Assembly: GCF_963921235.1 (NCBI RefSeq)
Contig: NC_086107.1
Span: 97,528,001 to 97,592,000, forward strand
Origin: Mobula hypostoma
Lineage: Eukaryota
Direction of reading: 5' to 3'
Length of the DNA: 64,000 nucleotides
Part shown: positions 58,471-64,000 of the stretch, piece after piece
How the letters are laid out: each line of letters starts with the position of its first letter
Numbering within the stretch: position 1 is the stretch's first letter
Position numbers and translations under genes: made by a program
Notes under the pieces: model-generated
What the model saw: the letters and a program-made list of their open reading frames with translations, nothing else
Database searches by the model: none
What the model was told of the DNA's origin: nothing

Positions 58471-61400
58471 AACAAGTGGGGGGGGGTTTAATTACCCCAG
58501 TATTGGCTGGGGTTGCAGTAATGCAAGGGGTTTAGGTGGGGCGGATCCAAGAGGGCTTTTTAAAGCCATATGTAGAGGGTCTCATTCGGGAGAGTGGTGT
58601 ACTAGAACTTATTTTTAAGGAAGGAGGATGGCTATGAGGCCAACGTGCCCGTGGAGGGACCCTTTCAGAACAGTGACCACAGTTCAGTAAGCTTCATGGA
58701 GGAAGACAAAGTTGGTCCTGGAGAAAGGTCCCTGAAGTGGAGAAGCATGTGCAAATCTGTACATAGAGTGGGAGCAGCTGCAGGAGGGGAAAACAACATC
58801 TGATAACTGGGAGGTGTTTAAAGGTGAGATAGTGATAGCTGTAAGGGTAAGGAGCAAAGATGTTAGGATGACAGAACCTTGGGTCATTATAATAAACCAT
58901 GGAGGTTTAAATTGAATTGATTTTATTACTCACGACCTTCATATACATGAGGAGTAAAAATCTTTACATCTCTGTTCAAATGTGCAATTATAGTAATTTA
59001 TAATAAATGTTATTTACAACAGGATAGTTAATATACAAATACAGTTGCGTAGAGTCAGTCTATCGTATCTGTTGTGACTATCTTGAACAAGAAATGCGAA
59101 GGGAATCGCAGAAATCAAAAGTGTACTGAAAAGTTAGAACAGATCGCAACACAGCCACCGTACGCGGCACCACGATCAGGATGAAGGTAAAAAGGTGTAT
59201 GGCAGGTATGGGAACATGGTATCAAATGAGTTACTTTCACAGGGATGTAAGAGAGAATTAGACGGGCAAACTGGCCCATAATATGCCAAGTAGGATTAAG
59301 GAGAACAGGGTACCAAAGGTTACATGACAGACACACCTGTTCTCTCAAGATAACTGAAGCCTGTCCCGACCGAGATACATCCTAACTTGTCAGGAGCACA
59401 TCACTGACCAGGATGAGAAATGACCCTATTGACATTTAAAAGTTTCCTATAGGACTTGAAAGACTGGGAGGGTCTTTCCGTTCAATGGGTGAGGCCTGAA
59501 CTTGAAGGTACAGTTTTAAAGTGTACTTCAAAGTAACTCAAGATAGCGCTGATCTGCTGTCTCCATTGAGTTTTTTTTAGGTTTGTAAGGGTGGTTTGGG
59601 AACAATGAGGGGAGTTAAGGGTCAGGTTAGGGTTGGGGAAATTAGAGGACTGTCTGGAGTCCAAGCCATTTCTCTGTTCAAAGGCCAGTGGTGAGGGTAT
59701 GGTTGGATGTCAGCAGACAGTGAACATGGCCTTCGAGGCCTGGAGTTCGGGCCCTCATCCAGAATCCTCACTCATCATCTTCTTCAGTTCCTGGGTTGAT
59801 CAGAAGTCCAGATCGAGGCCCGAAATCCGACCGCAGGTGCGGATGGAGGCCCAGAGGTCCAGCTGGAGACCCAAAGGCCGCCCAGAGGTCCGGCTGGAGA
59901 CCCGAAAGCCAACTGAGGTCCAGAAGTCGAGACCCAGTGACCGGAGACCGAGTCTGCAAGTCTTTGGAAATCTGCCAGGGAGGTTGGGGCCTAGTGCCTG
60001 CTGGAGGCTGGAAGCTGAAGACAGCCTGTCCCGTGCTAGAGGACTGTGTAGGTGCGTTGGGAGTGAGAGTAGAACGTGGCTTGTTTCGCTGTTGTCGCTT
60101 GCTACGTTCTGCTTTATTTTGGTGCTCCGTGCTCTTTAGCCGAGCACTATGGGCACAGTCGGCACCAGAACATGGGCTGCCCCAGCACCTCCTTGACTGT
60201 GTTGGTTGTTAACACAAATGACACATTTCACTGTTTGTTTTGATGTACTATATGTAGGATAAATAAATCTGAATCAGAAAGTGAGGCATTCCTCATTTAA
60301 GAGTGATTTGTGAAGGCAGTGCTCTTCTCATGAAATTATTAATAATTGTAATTCTAGAGTCATACAGCAGGAAAACAGGCCATTTGGCCCACCAAGTCTC
60401 TGCTGACTCTGAGTCACCCACCTACACTGACCCTATTTTATTCTCCCCACATTTCTCCCAATTCCCCCACTCCCCACTCTGATTCTGCCCCACAGATACA
60501 CACGGGGGGCAATTTACAGCAGCCAATTAACCTACTGATGATGTGGGAGGAAACGGGAGCGTCTGAAAGTAACTCACATGGTCACAGGGAGAACATGCAA
60601 ACTCCACATGGACAGTGCACAAGGTCAGGATTGAACCCAATTCTCTGAAATTGTGAAGCAGCAGCTCTACGCGCTACATTTCCCCAGCCCTCAGTTTTTT
60701 TTTGTGTTCACTCACCTTCTCCCAAGTTTTAATCTTATTGGTAGACATCACAGTTCATTTTAGCCAGTTTCTTCAGAGGATCAGAGGTGGAGAGGGTCAG
60801 CAACTTTAAATTCCTCGGTGTTATCATCTCAAAGAACCTGTCACGGGCCCAGCACGTAAGTACAATATCAAGGAAAACACAGCAGTGCCTCTACTTCCTT
60901 AGGAGTTTGTGAAGATTCGATATGACATCTAAAACTTCTAAAATCTTCTAAAAATTGAGTACATCTACACAGAACGTTGTGGCAGGAAAGCAGCATCCAT
61001 CATCAGGGACACTCACCACCCAGGTCATGTTTTGCTGCCATCAGGAAGAAGGTACAGGAGCCTCAGGACTCAACACCACCAGGTTCAGGAACAGTTATTA
61101 ACCCTCAGCCATTAGGCTCTTGAACGAAAGAGGATAACTTCACTCAACTTCACCAGTCCTATCACTGACCTGTTCCCACAACCAATGGGCTCACTTTCAA
61201 GGACTCTTCATCTCATGGTCTTGATATTTATGCTCATTTATTTATTATTATTGTTACTTCTTTATTTGTGTATTTGCACAGTGTTGTCTTTTCCACACTG
61301 GTCGAACACCCAAGTTGGTGTGGTCTCTCATTGATTCTATTATGGTTAATTTTTCTATTATTGAGTTTGCCCACAAGAAAATTAATCTCAGCGTTGTAAT

Positions 61401-63349
61401 ACGTACTTTGATAATAAATTTCTTTGAACTTTGTACTACTTTGAAATTATTTCTGACAACTTGATGCATTTAAATTTTACAGAAGGGAGATAAAAAGTTG
61501 AAATTATTCCTGTGTTATTCTTTTGCATTTTTCTTGAATGCACAGTTTCTCTGTTCCCACAGCTCAGCTGGATAAAAGGAACGTCGAGTTCAGCTCAGAG
61601 TTACATTGCAGCTTTTATTCTAGCTGTTCCCGTCCCCAAGTATAACACTGTCGATTGTGTTTCAGAAATTCATCTTCCCCTTGCCTCTTAATCAAAGTAA
61701 AATTCGATCTGACTTGTAACGCAGCTGAAGAATGTTAATTTTATATAATTATTTTTATTTCTTCAGTTCTACATGAAGCTGCTGACGGCAAAATACCCCA
61801 ACAGTCTCCTCCTCCTAGGGATATGGGAGGTGACTGGAGTATCCACGGTAAACCCACACAGCATCTCGATAGAGTAGATTTGGCGAGGACGTTTCCTGTG
61901 GTGGGGGGAGTCTAGGGCCGGGGGCACTGCCCCAGAACAGAGGGACGTCCATTTATGAGGGAGAATTTCTTTTGCCAGAGAGTGGTGAATCTGTGGAACC
62001 CGTTGCCACAGGCGGCTGTGAAAGCCAAAGTCAGTGGGTATATTTAAGGTTGATAGGTTCTTGATTAGTCAGGGCATGAAGAGATACGGGGAGAAGACAG
62101 ATTGGGGTTGAGAGGGAAATTGATCAGCCATGATGAAATGGCGGAGCAGACTCGATGGGGCTAATTCTGCTCCTGTATCTTATCTCACAGGGAGAAAATG
62201 GAGACTGCAGATAGCACCAGAGGTGAAGATTGAATCTGGGTCTCCAGAGCCAGCATTGTGATACTGCTGGCTCCTTTAGAGCTGCCCATTCAGTCCCGGT
62301 GTCTTGCACTTTCCCCGGAGATTAGAAATCACTTGGCCGCAGCAACGAATCTATTCAGTGGAGTTCTGCAGGTTACTCCCCTACCCCTATGTCCAGCCTC
62401 CTTGCCGCTCTGACCACCGAACAGGAACAAACCTCATGCCAACATTTCCCCTCTCACTCACAGGCGGTGATTGACCCGCTTTGCTCCATTCAAACTACCT
62501 TCACCTCTCGAACTGTGCTGATCTGACTCTTACCGGCCAGCATCCACCTGGGTATCCCTGCGTAGCGAAGGCTGCATCGGGTTGCCTTTCACCGGCTGAT
62601 TACATCGAAACGGATACCCTCTCCCTCCTCATGTAATATCACAAGCATGCTGCTGTCACCGAAGATAGCGGTATTTGTGGACCTCACAGCCCTTCTGCCT
62701 GTGCAGACTAAAACGTCGACAACACCCGAGATTGCAGATGCTGTAAACATTAGGCACTTGAACCTGTGGGATAACTTCACTTGCCCATCACTGAACTGTT
62801 CCTACAACTATGCACTCACATTCAAGGACTCTTAATGTCAATTTCTCAATATTTACTTACTGCTTTCTTTCCTTTTGTATTTGCTGTTTGTTGTCTTTTG
62901 CACACTGCCTGCTTGTCCATCCTGTTGGGCATGATTCTATTATGGCTCTTAGATTTGCTGAATACGACCTAAAGCAAACAAATCTCAGGATAGTACATGG
63001 TGGCATATACGCCCTTTGATCATAAGTTTATTTTGACCTTTGGAATCTGCAGGAACAAAACAAGATGCTGGAGGCGGGTCAGTCTCCAGCTACTTCCTTG
63101 CACAGGAGGTAGAGCCGCTGCCGATTTGATCCCGACCTCCGGTGCCGTCCGTGTGGAATTTGCGCGTTCACCTCTAATCCCGGGTGCTCCCGTTTCCTCG
63201 CACCTTCCTAAAGACTTGCGGGTTGCTGTGAATCCCTCCCTCCGCCCCCTATATATATATGAGAAGTTGTTGGGGCTGTGGGAGAGGTTACAGGAGAATC
63301 GGACTGATGTGATTGTTCAGAAAGCTGACACAGACTCAATGCGCCGAAC

Positions 63350-64000
63350 GTGTCTGTCTGTCTGTCTGTATCTTGTTTTACAACGGTTGGCATCCAGCTT
63401 AATGGTGCATTACCGCCACCCTCTGCTCCAGAATGTGCACTAGACATACATTCTAAATCCCTTCACCCAATCACACACACAAACCTACACTTCACCCTCC
63501 CATCTTTGACCATCCCAGTATCCTATTCCTGTTTATTCGTCATATTCTATAAAAAACCCCTGTACCCCTTAAAAACGCTAAAAATACCCGGACTTGTGCT
63601 CTCTCACCCATGCCCAGCAACCCTTTTAATGTGAATTCCTGCATCCCCAACTCCCTTAGTTTAATTCTCATCATCTCTCTCTATATCCCATACTTCCTGC
63701 AACTCAGAACTACATGTTCTACTGACTCCTCTTCCTGACATTCCTCACACAATCCTGTCTGGTGTTTCCCTATCATTTTCGATGTTTTGTTTAATGCACA
63801 GTGTCCCAGCCTTAACCTAGTCCACACAGTCTCCTCTCTTCTGTTTCCATTACTTACCCTAGTAACTGCAACACTCTTTTGTATTTGATATAGATGCCTC
63901 CTTTTCCCCTCCCTGTCCCATCTTTCTTGCCACATTCGGTTGACTTTTTCCCAGATCACACACTTAACCTCTGCTTTACTGATACTAATGTGCATTTCCA
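63350..64000 (-). mobile_element. I-group (Nimb-like) LINE 3' end, runs off the window
   Basis: RREETVWTRLRLGH...CEECQEEESVEHVVLSC zinc knuckle; 3' GGTGGCGGTAATGCACC and (AGAC)n tail. Confidence 0.8.

Noticed and set aside
62534..62698. Minus-strand exon-like segment with a CCG|gtaaga donor
   Set aside because: Stops in all three frames and no recognisable protein; cannot be supported without transcripts

Overview
This window is eukaryotic genomic DNA, repeat-rich and intron-rich. The retroelement families suggest a cartilaginous fish, probably a ray (inference). The only host protein-coding gene I can support is XRCC6 (Ku70) on the + strand. It has 12 coding exons from 19975 to 55283 (1830 nt, 609 aa), all introns GT-AG, a CpG-rich promoter and putative non-coding exon 1 at about 16.3-16.7 kb, and AATAAA at 55498. 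The rest is transposon-derived or low-complexity. That includes a full-length antisense L1 in intron 10 (15-bp TSD), a young 5'-truncated CR1 with an intact ORF2 in intron 11 nested in a Penelope-like element (7-bp TSD), a Gypsy integrase plus LTR, and a solo LTR. Hero, Nimb, Rex/Babar and Tx1 fragments, Tc1, Tigger, hAT and Harbinger MITEs, SINEs and very long (TG)n and CT tracts are also present. Most interesting observations: (1) a canonical -1 frameshift heptamer (U UUA AAC) occupies the 3' end of the 13-nt ORF1/ORF2 overlap of the CR1 element, whose ORF2 has no usable AUG; (2) a 4 x 56-bp tandem repeat quadruplicates the XRCC6 exon 8 splice donor, and any copy after the first gives a premature stop; (3) there are inverted Penelope-derived hairpins with hammerhead-ribozyme cores; (4) a candidate in-frame 15-nt microexon falls inside the Ku70 NLS; (5) an internal L1 patch has templated junction repeats suggestive of end-joining capture.
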